A stretch of DNA of 64,000 nt. Origin: a virus. The notes beneath the pieces are model-generated. The model had not been told where the DNA came from. It saw only the letters and a program-made list of their open reading frames with translations, and did not search any database. The DNA lies in the IMG/VR virus record IMGVR_UViG_3300021960_000054, positions 1-64,000 of that record. One strand, 5' to 3'. The position numbers and the translations under genes are program-made. This document shows, piece by piece, positions 63,007-64,000 of this stretch. The stretch's first letter is position 1. Every line of letters begins with the position of its first letter.

Positions 63007-63985
63007 CTAATTGTGTCATCACTTCTTCAGTAAAGTACTTCTCGGGATTATCTAAAATCTGCTTACCATACATCTTAGACCCATCTGGTAGTTCGATACG
63101 AGTTGCTACTTTCTTGAAGATACCTGCTTCTTCAGCAAGTTCTAATAGACCATAGTAGCGTGATAGACCACCCTTGTAGCGTAGTGACACATCAACTAGA
63201 GAATTCTCTTTAGTCAAGCGTGACTTGTTTAATCGACAGTGAATGATGTTACCAATGACTTCTGTACCATCTTTCTCTTTCTTCTTAGATAAGAATACAA
63301 TTGTTGATGCGGCGTACTGAAGACCTGACCCACCACCCATGACTTTCTGTGGGAACATAGTACCCATCTGGTCGTATGTGTGATTAGTAACAATCATTGG
63401 TACTTTTGCTTTACCTAATTTCAATGTCAGAACACGAAATGCCGCTTTAGTTAACTGCGCCCTTGTCATGTCTCTAGTCTCTTTACCATCTGCAGTATCT
63501 TCAATTTCTTTTGTTGTTGATAACATACCAAGACTATCAAGTACAAACATCAGAGGTTTACGGTCTGCTTCTGATTGTTCGATGTACTTGTCAAGAATTT
63601 TAATGCCTTGTGTGCGAAACTCTTGTACAGTAGTCACAGGCATCATGACGATACGATTTGTATCGATACCTCGTTCTTCAATCATGTCTTTAGTCAATGC
63701 ACTTTCAGTTTCAAAGTATACGACACCCGCATCAGGATTCGTATCTAAGAAGTACTTGACTAGACCGAGGGCGAAAAAGGTCTTTCCAGTTGCGGATTCA
63801 CCAGCGATTGCTGTAATCTTGTTAGCAGGCAGACCACCATAGATACTACCACTCAGTAGTGCGTTAAAGATGTAAGACCCGGTGTCGATGAAAGTTGAAA
63901 CGTCTCCCGCTTCTACTCCGTCAGCAACAATGCCAGCATACTCATTCTTACTTTCTTTAACGATATCTTTTAAAAAATCATTCAT
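62963..63985 (-). CDS. uvsX: RecA-like recombinase UvsX
   Basis: [43 protein letters not shown]. Confidence 0.97.
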   Translation of the reverse strand: MNDFLKDIVKESKNEYAGIVADGVEAGDVSTFIDTGSYIFNALLSGSIYGGLPANKITAIAGESATGKTFFALGLVKYFLDTNPDAGVVYFETESALTKDMIEERGIDTNRIVMMPVTTVQEFRTQGIKILDKYIEQSEADRKPLMFVLDSLGMLSTTKEIEDTADGKETRDMTRAQLTKAAFRVLTLKLGKAKVPMIVTNHTYDQMGTMFPQKVMGGGSGLQYAASTIVFLSKKKEKDGTEVIGNIIHCRLNKSRLTKENSLVDVSLRYKGGLSRYYGLLELAEEAGIFKKVATRIELPDGSKMYGKQILDNPEKYFTEEVMTQLDEFAKGKFKYGGEV

Positions 63986-64000
63986 TTATTGTTCCTCATT

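Overview
This 64-kb window is part of a marine T4-like myophage genome with AT-rich sequence and dense coding. It carries core replication and nucleotide genes (gp32, gp59, gp33, rnh, nrdA/B, gp61, gp41, uvsX, thyX, glutaredoxin, MazG-like) and auxiliary genes (phoH, ribosomal protein bS21, about 12 2OG-Fe(II) oxygenase-like genes, a carbamoyltransferase). It also has four tRNAs, dispersed lysis genes, a sigma70-driven early accessory region (about 16.8-30 kb) and a block of probable head or virion proteins (about 50-60 kb). The clearest non-obvious element is a circularly permuted (two-piece) alphaproteobacterial-type tmRNA with tag ANDNIAYEDIRLAA. Its unusually long intervening segment contains an RBS-led ORF that reads across the predicted RNase P site. 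Other leads are a two-fold symmetric structured 5' leader (28840-28920), several orphan structured RNAs and an NHLP-leader-like protein. A kinase, a HAD phosphatase, a KxDG ligase-like protein and a HxGH nucleotidyltransferase all have T4 capsid-targeting-like N-termini, which suggests a virion-packaged repair or anti-defence enzyme set. All calls come from reading motifs by eye; no searches were run.
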